NCBI RefSeq assembly: GCF_006345805.1
Contig: NC_043000.1
Span: forward strand, 15,128,001 to 15,192,000
Direction: 5' to 3'
Source: Octopus sinensis
Lineage: Eukaryota
Length of the DNA: 64,000 bases
The translations under genes and the position numbers were made by a program. Each line of letters begins with the position of its first letter. Position 1 is the stretch's first letter. The notes under the pieces are model-generated. The model worked only from the letters and a program-made list of their open reading frames with translations. It was not told where the DNA came from and searched no databases. Of this stretch, positions 48,333 through 61,479 are shown piece by piece.

Positions 48333-51300
48333 CATATATATATTGTGTGGAGGCGCAATGGCCCAGTGGTTAGGGCAGCGAACTCGCGGTTTCGATTCCC
48401 AGACCGGGCGTTGTGAGTTTATTGAGCGAAAACACCTAAAAGCTCCATGAGGCTCTGGCAGGGGGTGGTGATCCCTGCTGTACTCTTTCACCACTCTTTC
48501 TTCTGTTGGCCTGCTCTCTTAGCCAGCGGGGTGGCGTCATTCGAAGGCTAAAACAATGCGAATGCATTGTGACCAGCGATGTGTAACAACATCTGATGGT
48601 CTGGTCGGTCACGTGATATATATTGTACAGAATGAAGTTAAAACTTGTGTGCTTTATGAACACAGCTATAAGTAGATAATTTGAAACCTGTATCAGAATT
48701 ACAAGCTTTACCAGATGTGACTCTACTAGGAAGTTACTTTAACAATAGTATTACCAACGAAACTTGAAGTCGCTTCTTGATCTTTGCTTTGCAACCTTTC
48801 AATGTGCAAGTGAGCTATTGTCCTACTTATTTCAATGAAATCACATGTTAAATAATGACAATTCATTACTCTAACAGCCAGCAATCACTTAAATTATCTG
48901 CTTCTAACTCAAAGTAGTTGTCTCCCTTAGCCATATTTTAGTTTGGTGATTTTTCCATGAGACAGCAAGCATTGCAATTTAAGAATTTTTCTTCTGATTC
49001 ACATCCATTTATCCATGCTTTGTATAGGTGACACATTTTATTTGTACTTGCTTGTTGAAGTTCAATCAAACAAACTGGAGCAAGCAGAGTTGGATGTCAT
49101 GCTGACAATGACAAAAGTAGAATTTTAACTTATGACCATGTTGACAGATGTCCAACACAGCAAATTGTTATATGATCTATATAACACACACATGCAGTCA
49201 ATCCAATATATTTATACCACACACACACACATAATTTACATTAATTTAACTAATTATTTAGGTCAGATAAAGACAAACAACAGAGTGACAAACTAAACAC
49301 CTTATGACACCTTATTCATTACCCTGCTTTACATAATTAACCATCATTAATTAATGTCCACTTTTCCATGCTTGCATGGGTCAGACAAGTGGCTGAGGTA
49401 GATTTTCTACAGCCAGATGCCCTTCCTGTTGCCAAGCCTTACCTGTTTTCAAGCAAGGTAATATTTACCTAAGGCCAGACCTGTTTTTCATGGAAAACTG
49501 GAAATGAACAACTTCGCTAGTATGATGATGGTGCTCATTTACATCCATCACATGATGTCTAGATAAGGACACACAAAAACATACATGTACATATATATGA
49601 GAAGCTTTTCTCCCAGTCTTTGTCAACCGAATCCACTCAAAAAGCTTTGGTCGGCTCAGGTGCTGCACAGTAAGCCTGAACCCAACATCACATGGTTAGG
49701 ATGCAGTCTTCTTAACCACACAGCCATGCCTGTGTTTCAGTTTAAATTCAGCATGAATCAACTTTGCCAATTATCCACAGTGGGGTCAAAGTCCCTTCAT
49801 TACCCAAACGCCTTTACAAAATTGTCTATGTACCAGAAGGGAAATATATAATCGTGATAACATTCAGTTAAGGTCTTATAGTTAGTCATTATCTTAATGG
49901 AGTTGAATTTCCTTGTATATTTCAATATTGATCAAAGCTAGTTCGGTGTAGCCACAATGAAGTATACAACCATTAACATTTATTTTTTTACTTATAGCAA
50001 TTAAAAGGTTCAATAAATGACAAAATTTATATTTATTGTTAGAACAAATGTGTTACTTCCCCAGCTGGAAATTCGATCTTTTAAGTGGCAGAAGAGGATT
50101 TAATTGTTGTTAAACTAGAAAAAGCAAAAAATATGTCTTTAGCATGGTAAAAAGCAGGATTTTAAATGCATCACCTGTGGTCAAGCAAGCAAATCTTTAT
50201 CCAGTCAATTTGTTCAAATGTTCCACATTCTTTTAATAGATTTAATATCTAATTATTCTGTGTTAGTCAATTGTCTTTAAGCCTTTTAATTAGGGGTTCT
50301 TTAATTCTATTGTTATAGTTTTTAAGTGAATTAACTGTAAAACTCTTAGAATGTTGGTTTTCTTTCAGTAGACAGAAAGCCATTTTTGTAAAGAAGAGGA
50401 AAAGATTGTCTGACTAAGTCTTAGTCAAGGAATGGCACTTATTTTCATCACCCTACGAAGATTATAAATATAGCTGACCCTGGACAAATTTAATCCCCCA
50501 AATTTTAATAACTGAACCAGAAAGTGAAAAATCTAGCTAAGCATCCAACATTCCCCATTTGTACTCTAGTTTGTTAATAACATTCCATACAAGAGCTGGT
50601 ATATGATGATACATATATATTTCGCCTTACTAGCACTTGTGCTGGTGGCACATGAAAAAACATTCGAGCGAGGTTGTTGCCAGTGCCACTGAACTGGCTC
50701 CTGTGCAGGTGGCACATAAAAAGCACCATTTGAGCATGGCCATTGCCAGTACTGCCTTATTGGCCCTTGTGTCAGTGGTATGTAAAGCACCCACTACACT
50801 CTCGGAGTGGTTGGTGTTAGGAAGGGCATCCAGCTGTAGAAACTCTGCCAGATCAGATTGGAGTCTGGTGCAGCTATCTGATTCACCAGGCCTCAGTCAA
50901 ATCGTCCAACCCATGCTAGCATGGAAAGCAACCGTTAATCGATGAGGATAATGAATACTATAGAAAGTGTTGGGAAAGAAACACAAACAAGAATTGTATG
51001 CAGAGAATTTACTAAGTGCATTAATGAATAAGTAGGAGAGAAGAGGCTGTATTAATGATATGATAGTTTCAAATTATGTATCATGTTCTATGACTGAGTT
51101 CATATTACAGTTAAAAGTAGAAACAGAATGGTAAAAGTTGTGATAAGTTGGTTGTTTAATAGTGTGATGGTAACCCTTTAGCATTTAAACCAGACATATC
51201 CAGTCCATATGTTCTACCAGTTTTATACTGAAACTGGCCAGATCCAGCCTCTCACACCTACCCTACAATGTCATTCTAAAAATAAACAATCACATCATTG

Positions 51301-51580
51301 AAATTTCAAGGCTCTGTGATAATACTTGATTAATTTTTAAAATATGGATAAGCTTTACATTTACTCTTTTACTTGTTTCAGTCATGTGACTGTGGCCATG
51401 CAGGAGCACCACCTTTAGTCGAGCAAATCAACCCCAGGACTTATTCTTTGTAAGCCTAGTACTTATTCTATTGGTCTCTTTTGCCAAACCGCTAAGTTAT
51501 GGGGACGTAAGCACACCAGCATCGGTTGTCAAGCAATGTTGGGGGAACAAACACAGACACACAAACATATATACATACAT

Positions 51581-51623
<43 letters not shown>

Positions 51624-52544
51624 CGACGGGCTTCTTTCAGTTTCTGTCTACCAAATCCACTCACAAGACTTTGGTCGGTCCGAGGCTATAGTAGAAGACA
51701 CTTGCCCAAGGTGCCATGCAGTGGGACTGAACCCGGAACCATGTGGTTGGTAAGCAAGCTACTTACCACACAGCCACTCCTACACCTTAAATTAATCTGA
51801 ATGCTTAAAGAGTTAAACTTGTGGCAGGCCAGAGGCTGCCAAGAGGAAGTCAGATTCAGTGAAGAAAAAAAAAAGAGCCTTTTTAAACGAAAAGAATATA
51901 TGATTTTCCAAATTTGGCTGCTAGGCAAAATATCTCATTGACTAAAATAGACAATTCTTTGTGGAATCATTTACTCAAGTGAAGAAATGGAATACTAAAT
52001 TGAAGAAAAAATAGTAAACACTACAATATAACAAGCTGTGGAATAACTTCTTTAATGAATAAAAGCTATTATTAACAACAACCATTTTTGCTTGAATTTC
52101 ATCAGTTTGCTTAAGATTTTGAACTCATTTTATTCTTAACAGATCAAGTGTTTTCATAGATTGGCCATCCTTACTACAATTTAGTATGCGATTTCTAATA
52201 CAATGTTCTATGATTATAAATGATGTGTCATTGTTTATTTTCAAAGATTTAAAGTAATAATTGATTGGATGATACCCATAGTCTCAGATAGTCATGCTAG
52301 GGAGTCCAACTGGAAAGTCCAATAATGATGAGGAGGTGCCTGAGGATTCTGTCACTATGACTCTCCCAGAAATAATTGGCAGAGAAAATGGATGGCTGGA
52401 TAAAGTAACAATGGTTTTTAACAGTGGCACAAGGCAACAAATTTTAGGGAGACATGGATCTGTTAAACCAACCCCAGTATTAATTTTATTGACCCTGGAA
52501 GGCAGTTAACCACAGTTGGATTTCAGTTCAGAACAGAGAGACAT

Positions 52545-52848
52545 CATCATCATCGTTTAACGTCCGTTCTCCATACTAGCATGGGTTGGACGGTTCGACT
52601 GGGGTCTGGGAAGCCAGAAGGCTGCACCAGGCTCCAGTCTTATCTGGCAATGTTTCTACAATGTTGGATGCCCTCCCTAATGCCAACCACTCCGTGAGTG
52701 TAGTGGGTGCTTTTTACGTGCCACCTGCACAGGTGCCAGGCGAGGCTGGCAACGGCCACGGTCGGATTGGTGCATTTTACATGCCACCGGCACGGAAGCC
52801 AGTCGAGGCGGCGCTGGCATCGGCCACGATTCGGATAGTGCTTTTTAC
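52545..52848 (-). repeat. Short RTE 3'-tail copies, the most abundant repeat here. Also about 838-1045, 1246-1460, 10433-10615, 13197-13460, 20640-20947, 38870-39125, 50630-50950, 53072-53340, 58827-59010, 59027-59290, 60735-61100, 62455-62652
   Basis: catcatcatcgtttaacgtccg...ccatgctagcatgggttggacgg...gcccttcctaacgccaaccactc matches the 3' end of the RTE at 39536-39720. Confidence 0.85.
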
Positions 52849-54034
52849 TAATAATAATAATAGTGTCAAATTTTGGCACAAGGCCAGCAATTTTGGGGAA
52901 GTGGGTAAGTCAATCACATCAACTCCAGTGTTCAACTGGTACTTATTTTGTCAACCCCCAAGAGGATGAAAGGCAAAGTCGATCTCAATGGAATTTGAAC
53001 TCAGAACATAAAGATGGGCGAAATGTTGTCCAGTATTTTGTCCAGTATGCTAACAATTCTGCCAGCTCACCACATCATCATCATTGTTTGATGTCCGTTT
53101 TTCAAGCTAGCATGGGTTGGACGGTTCAACCGGGGTCTGGGAAGCCAGGAGGCTGCACCAGGCTCCAGTCTGATCTGGCAGTGTTTCTACAGCTGGATGC
53201 CCTTCCTAACGCCAACCACTCTGTGAGTGTAGTGGGTGCTTTTTATGTGCCACTGGCACAGGGGCCAGAGGAGGCTGGCAACGTCCACGATCAGTTGGTG
53301 TTTTTTATGTGCCACTGGCACGGGTATCACAACTACAATTTCCATAATAATAATAGTGGATTCAAAATTTTGGTGTGAGGCCAGTGATTTTGGGGAGGGG
53401 GTAAGTTGACTACATTGATTCCAGAGCTTAAATGGTACATATTTCACTGACCCCAAAAAATGAATGGCAAAGTTGATCTCAGAGAATTTAATCATAATAT
53501 TGATAAAAACTTCACATGTAGGTGCAGGAGTGGTTGTGTGGTAAGTAGCTTGCTTACGAACCACATGGTTCCGTGTTCAGTCCCACTGTGTGACACCTTG
53601 GGCAAGTGTCTTCTACTATAGCCTCGGGCTGACCAAAGCCTTGTGAGTGTATATGGTAGATGGAAACTGAAAGAAGTCCGTCATATATATGTATGTGTGT
53701 GTGTATATATGTGTGTCTGTGTTTGTCCCCACCAACATTGCTTGACAACCGATGCTGGTGTGTTTACATCCCCGTAACCTAGCGGTTCTGCAAAAGAGAC
53801 CGATAGAATAAATACTAAGCTTACAAAGAATAAGTCCTGGGGTCGATTTGCTCGACTAAAGGCGGTGCACCAGCATGGCCACAGTCACATGACTGAAACA
53901 AGTAAAAGAGTAAAGAGTATGATGAAATGCATGAAATAATTTTGAAATAAGATGAAGCAAATTAAAGTTTAAAATTAAACACTTAAATAAAATCAAGAGG
54001 AGGATTTCCTTAAAAGATAAAAAACAAAACTCAC

Positions 54035-54090
54035 CTCATCACAACCATCAGCAAGCATTGCTCTAATGGCTTTTAGAACTAAATTGGAGC
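54035..54090 (-). CDS. NAA30: NAA30 penultimate exon
   Basis: tttcgcag|(G)SNLVLKAIRAMLADGCDE|gtgag; 56 nt, phase 1 to phase 0. Confidence 0.93.
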
Positions 54091-54240
54091 CTGCGAAATA
54101 TAATAAAATAAGGGAAAGTTGATGTTAGGAAAATGCACAGAATTAAATACAATTAGAAAATAAGGATCTTATTAGAAGAGTTACTCTAGGGAAATATGTA
54201 ACAAATTGTTACAGAAAATTTGTTGTTCATTTAGAAACAA

Positions 54241-54748
54241 CTAGCAGCATTGCCCGGGTATGTAAGAGCCCCTGGAGCAGACATGATGCTTGCTGTGAAT
54301 TAAAAAAAAAATTCCTGCCAATTTGTGAAAGATACTGTCGAAAATATGTCATCTTGAATTTGAACGCGATTTCCCAAAATGGCATGATTTTTATCAATTT
54401 TTTCTGATGGTAAGGTATTGCATGGAAAACTAATGTCAGAATTAAGTTTCTTAGGGTAACATTAAGCTTCACCGTGAGTTTGGTGAAAATCGATTGCAAG
54501 TTGCGAAAACTACAACAGAAAATGTGTTGCAAATAAAAAGCTTAGATTCTCGACCCCCATGTCGAATTTATCGATTTTTTTCAGAACTGGGGAGACTTTT
54601 CAAAATTTTCGCTGCGTTAGTTTTGAATTATGACATTGGGCTATGTGTGTGTCAAGTTTCATCAGAATCGGTTGAAAGCCGTGGTTAGGGTGAGAGTACA
54701 ACCTGACAGACACACAGACACACAAACAGCCATCTATATATAGAGAGA
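54241..54748 (-). mobile_element. Non-autonomous Helitron-like element in a NAA30 intron
   Basis: Minus strand A|TCtctctatatatag ... cccgggcaatgctgCTAG|T. Confidence 0.65.
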
Positions 54749-56237
54749 TTATCTATAACAGTTGTTTAAAGAAACAGTAATTAAGTCTTGTGAAGGTGTG
54801 TGGCTCAGTGGTTAGGGATGTTCAGCTCATAATCTGAGGTCATGAGTTCGATTCCCAGCACTGTGTTGTGTCCTTGAGCAAGACACTTTACTTTACATTG
54901 CACCAATCCACTCAGCTGGTGAAAATGAGTTGTACCTGTAATTCAAAGGACCAGTCTTGTCACATTCTGTGTCATGCTGAATCTCCCAGAGAACTACATA
55001 CATGCGTGTCTGTGGAGTGCTCAGCCGCTTCATTAATTTCACAAGCAGGCTGTTCCTTTGATGGGATCACATTTGGAACACCTTATCTTTGTTCGCTACA
55101 CCTCACCAATGTTGGTACCATGTAAAGAGCACCCAGTCCACTCTGTAAAGTGGTTGGCATTAGGAAAGGCATCCAGCCATCAAGCCTGCCAAAACAGACA
55201 GTAGTAATATTGTGTAGTCCTCTGGCTGACCAGCTCCTGTCGAACTGTCCAACTCGTACCAGCATAGAAGACTGACGTTAAATGACAAGGATAAGGAAGA
55301 AAGCCATCTGCTCGTCGATAAGGCCTCTCTTATTAAAAATCCTTAATTTTTGGCCCATCATCATGCTCTTTTACTGATCCTTCTATCACTTCAAGAACAG
55401 TTTACTGTTCAGATTTCACTCATTGCACCATTTTGTAGACTACTTACTTTTCATATAGAGTTTTTCTCACTAATCTCTACCAAACACATAAGTCCTTTAC
55501 TTTCTCTACCAAACACATAAGTCCTTCACTTTCAGTATGGCTACTCAGTAGAACTTATTTTCACTGTATGCCTTCCTCTAAGAGCTTGACATTCACCAAG
55601 TATATTCACAACGTGGAGGTGCAATGGCCCAGTGGTTGGGGCAGCGGACTCGCGGTCATAGGATCGTGGTTTCGATTCCCAGACCAGGCGTTGTGAGTGT
55701 TTATTGAGCGAAAACACCTAGAGCTCCACGAGGCTCCGGCAGAGATGGTAGTGATCCCTGCTGTACTCTTTCACCACAACTTTCTCTCACTCTTACTTCC
55801 TGTTTCTGTTGTACCTGTATTTCAAAGGGCCGGCCTTGTCACTCTCTGTGTCACGCTGAATATCCCCGAGAATGCGTTAAGGGTACACGTGTCTGTGGAG
55901 TGCTCAGCCACTTACACGTTAATTTCACGAGCAGGCTGTTCCGTTGATTCGGATCAACTGGAACCCTCGTCGTCGTAACCGATGGAGTGCTTCCATATTC
56001 ACAACACGAATTTATTCCTTGTAATCATAGTGATCTTTTCCCCAGCTGTTATGAGCAATATTGGCGTTAGGAAGGGCATCCAGCTGTAGAAACTCTGCCA
56101 GATCAAGAGTGAAGCCTGGTGCAGCCACCTCAGTAATTTGTCCAACCCATGCTAGCATGGAAAGCGGACGTTAAACAATGATGATGATGATTCAGTCTTC
56201 TTTCAACAAAATTTTAGTACAGTCTGTCTATACTTAC

Positions 56238-56361
56238 CAATTTTTCGCCGCCTATACTCAGCATCAACAGCAAGCATAGCTATGTATCCTCTTCTTATAA
56301 CTCCTTGGTGGATGTCCAATTTGCAAACTATGGCACCAACACATTTACTGCCATCCATACA
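56238..56361 (-). CDS. NAA30: N-alpha-acetyltransferase 30 (NatC catalytic subunit, MAK3 homologue), internal exon
   Basis: Minus strand cttacag|[41 protein letters not shown]+G|gtaagt; 124 nt; GNAT motif A. Confidence 0.95.
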
Positions 56362-58696
56362 CTGTAAGAGATAAAAAAAAAGAAGGTGAGTTTCTTTGAT
56401 AAAAGCCTCATTAAATTAGGAAAATACAACAAACAATTTAAATGAGAACATTGATAAATGGCGACCAAACATTCCTTAAGTTGAAGTGACCCCAGCACTT
56501 ATTCTATTGGTCTCCTTTAGTTGAACCGCTATGTTATGGAGATGTAAACACGTCAACACCAGTTGTCAATTGATTGTGGGGGACAAATACATACACAAAG
56601 ACACATATATACAACAGGCTTCTTTCAGTTTCCATCTACTAAAGCCACTTACAAGACTCTGGCTGGTCCAAGGCTATAGAAGATGACACTCACCCAAAGT
56701 GCCATGCAGTAGGACTGAACCCGGAACCATGTGGTTAGAAAGCAAGCTTCTTACCACAGTTTGGGAAGCAAACATCTTTACTTCATCAAATTTGCCATAA
56801 AGGCATTACAAAGAAGCAAGTGCAGGCTGGACAACAACGCAAATGAAATAAATGATGAGAGAAGCAAATGATGCCTGTTGATCAATGCCCCTCGAGATAA
56901 TTGTTCTTATTTTTAAAACACAAATGAGGTAATGAACCTCTTACAGTAGCATGGCTCAGTGGTTAGAGCGTCGAGCTTACGATCGTGAGGTTGTGAGCTC
57001 GAATCCCGGACCAGGCTGCGTGTTGTGTTCTTGAGCAAAGCACTTTATTTCACGTTGCTCCAGTTCACTCAGCTGTAGAAATGAGTTGCGACGTCACTGG
57101 TGCCAAGCTGTATCGACCTTTGTCTTTCCCTTGGATAACACTGGTGGCGTGGAGAGGGGAGGCTGGTATGCATGGGCGACTGCTGGTCTTCCATAAACAA
57201 CCTTGCCCGGACTTGTGTCTAGGAGGGTAACTTTCTAGGTGCAATCCCATGGTCATTCATGACTGAAGGGGGTCTTTACCCTTACAGTAACATAAATTGA
57301 GGCGCTGAGCCTCTTATCAGTCAAAGAGTTCCAAATCAATCCAGGCAGTGGAGGCACATGGTCAAGTGGTTAGAGCAGCGGACTCGCGGTTGAGGGATCA
57401 CAGGTTCGAATCTCAGACCGGGCGATGTGTGTGTTTATGAGCAAAACACCTAAGCTCCTTGTGGCTCCGGAAGAAGGTAATGGCGAACTTCTGCTGACTC
57501 TTTCGCCACAACTTTCTCTCACTCTTTCCTCCTGCATCTTGCAGCTCACCTGCGACGGACTGGCGTCCCGTCCAGGTGGGGAACCTATACACCAAGGAAA
57601 CCGGAAACCAGCCCTTACCAGCCAGGCATGGCTCGAGAAGGAACAAACAAACAACAAATCAATCGAGGCGCCAACTCTCACTCCACCTCACCGATCAAAC
57701 CTCTCGCTGCCTGCAGGTAATCCCGCAGTAGCAAGTCGGGGACCCAGAAAAGATAATTAAATTCCTCCTTAGAAAAGGCATCCATTATCTTATAAAAGTA
57801 ACTCTCCTCCATGACCCCCGCAGCCACCTACGGAGGCCAATGTCGGCTATCATTGCAGGTCGGGACCACCAGTTCCTGACCTCTTTTACTTGTTTCAGTC
57901 ATTTGACTGTGGCCATGCTGGAGCACCGCCTTTAGTCGAGCAAATCGACTCCAGGACTTATTCTTTGTAAGCCTAGTACTTATTCTACCGGTCTCTTTTG
58001 CCGAACTGCTAAGTTATGGGGACATAAACACACCAGCATCGGTTGTCAAGCGATGTTGGGGGGACAAACACAGACACACACATACATATATATACACCGG
58101 GCTTCTTTCAGTTTCTGTCTACCAAATCCACTCACAAGGCTTTGGTTGGCCCAAGCCTATTGTAAAAGACACTTGCCCAAGCTGCCACGCAGCGGGACTG
58201 AACCCGGAACCATGTGGTTGGTAAGCAAGCTACTGACCACACAGCTACAACTGCGCCTGCAAACTTCTTACCACACAACCATGCCTATGATAATCAACCA
58301 CATGCATGCTGAACAGTGAGAATCAAAATAATGACTTGCACACTTATTCTTAATTCAGGCAGATTCAAAAGTGAATAAGCTAATTGCTGTTGTGTTTTGT
58401 CACAAGTGAACAACAACTTTACGACGAACATGTGCTCAGAACACATTTCATTCATACAAGTACTAATGAGCTGAAAGTGAGTTATTCATCGTACAAAAGT
58501 TGCTCTCCAGTAATGAAACACAGTGGCAATTAGCATATGTTCAAATCTGCCAGAAAATGTATTAGGAGTAAATATGCAAGTCACCATTTGTATGCGTGTG
58601 TGTATATATATATATATATTCAGATGGCTATGGTACCTAAGTTGAAGGCACCAGAATTTAGTATGGTATTCATACAATTTAAAATAAGGTGATTAT

Positions 58697-58826
58697 AATC
58701 AAAATAAGCAACAAGGATATCCAGAGGTAATGCAGTATGATCGTTTCATGCAACTCCATTCAAAAGGAGTTGCATGAAACGATTGCACTGCATTACCTCT
58801 CGATATCCTTGTTGCTTATTTTGATT
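58697..58826. repeat. Near-perfect inverted repeat (61-bp arms, 8-nt loop)
   Basis: Arms 58697-58757 and 58766-58826 differ at 4 positions. Confidence 0.95.
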
Positions 58827-59862
58827 GGCACGTAAAAAGCACCCACTACACTCTCGGAGTGGTTGGCATTAGGAAGGGCATCCAGCTGTAGAATCTCTGC
58901 CAGATCAAGATTGGGGCCTGGTGTAGTCATCTGGTTCGCCAGCCCTCAGTCAAAATCGTCCAACCCATGCTAGCATGGAAAGCAGACGTTAAATGATGAT
59001 GATGATGATATATATATATATATATATAGGTGGCACGTAAAATGCACCAATCCGACCGTGGATGATGCCAGCCTCGCCTGGCTCCAGTGCAGGTGGCACG
59101 TAAAAAGCACCCACTACACTCACGGAGTGGTTGGCGTTAGGAAGGGCATCCAGCTGTAGAAACATTGCCAGATAAGATCGGAGCCTGGTGCAGCCTTCTG
59201 GCTTCCCAGATCCCCGGTCGAACCGTCCAACCCATGCTAGCATGGAGAACGGACGTTAAACGATGATGATGATGATGATGATGATGATATATATATATGT
59301 ATACATACACACAGTAATACCTTACTTAGGCTTCTTACTACACCATCATGCCTGCACCTTTAAATATTATATAAGACACTATAGAGTATATGAGTGAAAT
59401 CATTATATATAAAAATACATTTCTAACCTTGTTGTGAAGAGAGAAGAAACAAGCATAACATCTGAAGGTTTATAGTTTCAATTTAATTACAGCTCCATTA
59501 GCTTTAATGTAATCAGAACCACAGGTTATCTCAATCAACAGTTTATCGCTCTATATGTACAGTAAATTCCAAGCATCCATGTTGGTGCCATGTAAAAGAC
59601 ACTTGTGTTGGTGCCATGCAAAAGAGACCTGTGCTGGTCCCACGTGAAAAGCACCCAGTACACTCTGTAAAGTGGTTGGCATTAAGAAGGGCATCAAGCA
59701 GTAGAAATCATACCAACCCAGACAATTGGAGCCTGGTGCAGCCCTCTGGTTTGCCAACACCTGTCAAACTGTCCAACGCATGCCAGCAAGGAAAATGGAT
59801 GTTGAATGATGATATTGAATATTAGACATGTGAATCAACTCTATATACTCTATACCATCATT

Positions 59863-61479
59863 TTTTGATTCCTGGACCGGGTGACGCATTGTGTTCTTGA
59901 GCAAAGCACTTCAATTCACACTACTCTAGTTAACTCAGCTGGCAGAAATGAATTATTCTGGGACAGACTGCTGTGTCATCCAGGGAGGAATATATGCACA
60001 AGAAAAACTGAGAAACCAGTCCTTTGCACCTTAGGAGTAATGTTGACAACCCTCATAATGGCTGTATGGTTTTCATGCTAGCATGGGTTAGATGAGACCT
60101 GTTGAAGCAGTTCTTTGGCTGCAACTAATTTCTAAGTTAGGTGCTTCTCCCTTTGAGTGACATCATTGAATATGTTGTTTTATGATAGATATAAACAATG
60201 ACCCCACCTAAACAGTGACACTGCTTTTCTACACATCATCATTTAATGTCCGCTTTCCATGCTGGCATGGGTAGGATGGTTTGACTGCAAACCGGTTAGA
60301 CAGAGTGCTGCACCAGGTCCCAATCTGATTTGGCATGGTTTCTACAGCTGGATGTCCTTCCTAATGTCAACCACTCCATGAGTGTAGTAGGCACCTTTTA
60401 CATGCCATTGATGTGATACTGGCTTTGGCCACGACTATGATCTCACATGACTCGACTGGTCTTCACAAGCATGGTATACCACCAAAGGTCTAAATCACCT
60501 GTCACTGCCTCTGTGAGGCCCAATGCATGAACGGTGGTTTTTACATGCCACCGACACAGGTGTCAGTCAGACAGCACTAGCATATCGGCCATGATTACGG
60601 TTTCACTTGGCTTGACAGGTCTTCTCAAGTACAGCATATCACCCAACGTTTGAAGAGTGCTTTTTATGTGCCAGTTATGCAACACTGGCATTGGCCAGGA
60701 CTATGAAGACAAACAAATACACACACACACACAGAGTATACATCATCATCATCATCATTTAACGTCCATTTTCCATGCTAGCATGGGCTGGACAGTTCGA
60801 CCGGGGTCTGGGAAACCAGGAGGCTGCACCAGGCTCCAGTCTGATCTGGCAGTGTTTCTACAGCTGGATGCCCTTCCTAACCCCAACCACTCCGTGAGTG
60901 TAGTGGGTGCTTTTTACGTGCTACCAGCACAGGTGCCAGGCAAGGCTGGCAACGGCCATGGTCGGATTGGTGCTTTTTACGTGCCACCGGCACAGAAGCC
61001 AGTCAAGGCGGCGTTGGCATCGGCCACGTATGAATGGTGCTTTTTATCATCCGTATGTGGCCGATGCCAGCGGTGCCTTGACTGGCTTCCGTACTGGTGG
61101 CACTACATACATACATACATATATATATACAGACACATATACAAATGGCTGAACAATTTCCAGCCACTAATTTCACTCACAAGGCATTGATCAGCTTGAA
61201 GCTATAGAAGATGCTTGCTCTGTGTCATGCAGGGGAACCTAAAATGACATAGTCGTGAAGCAAACTACTTAACCATACAGCCATTACGAGGGTTGTCAAC
61301 ATTACTCCTAAGGTGCAAAGGGCTGGTTTCTCAGTTTTTCTGGTGTATATATTCCTTCCTGGATGACACAGTAGTCTGTCCCAGAATAATTCACTTCTGC
61401 CAGCTGAGTTAACTAGAGTGGTGTGAACTGAAGTGCTTTGCTCAAGAATACAATGCGTCATCCGGTCCAGGAATCAAAA
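59863..61479. repeat. Local inverted duplication: 59863-60071 versus 61271-61479
   Basis: 209-bp arms with about 11 differences; includes a SINE body plus non-SINE flank. Confidence 0.9.

Noticed and set aside
52294-52509. 71-aa ORF MLGSPTGKSNNDEEV...
   Set aside because: No recognisable motif or splice context, antisense within a NAA30 intron, and its 3' half runs into a repeat fragment.
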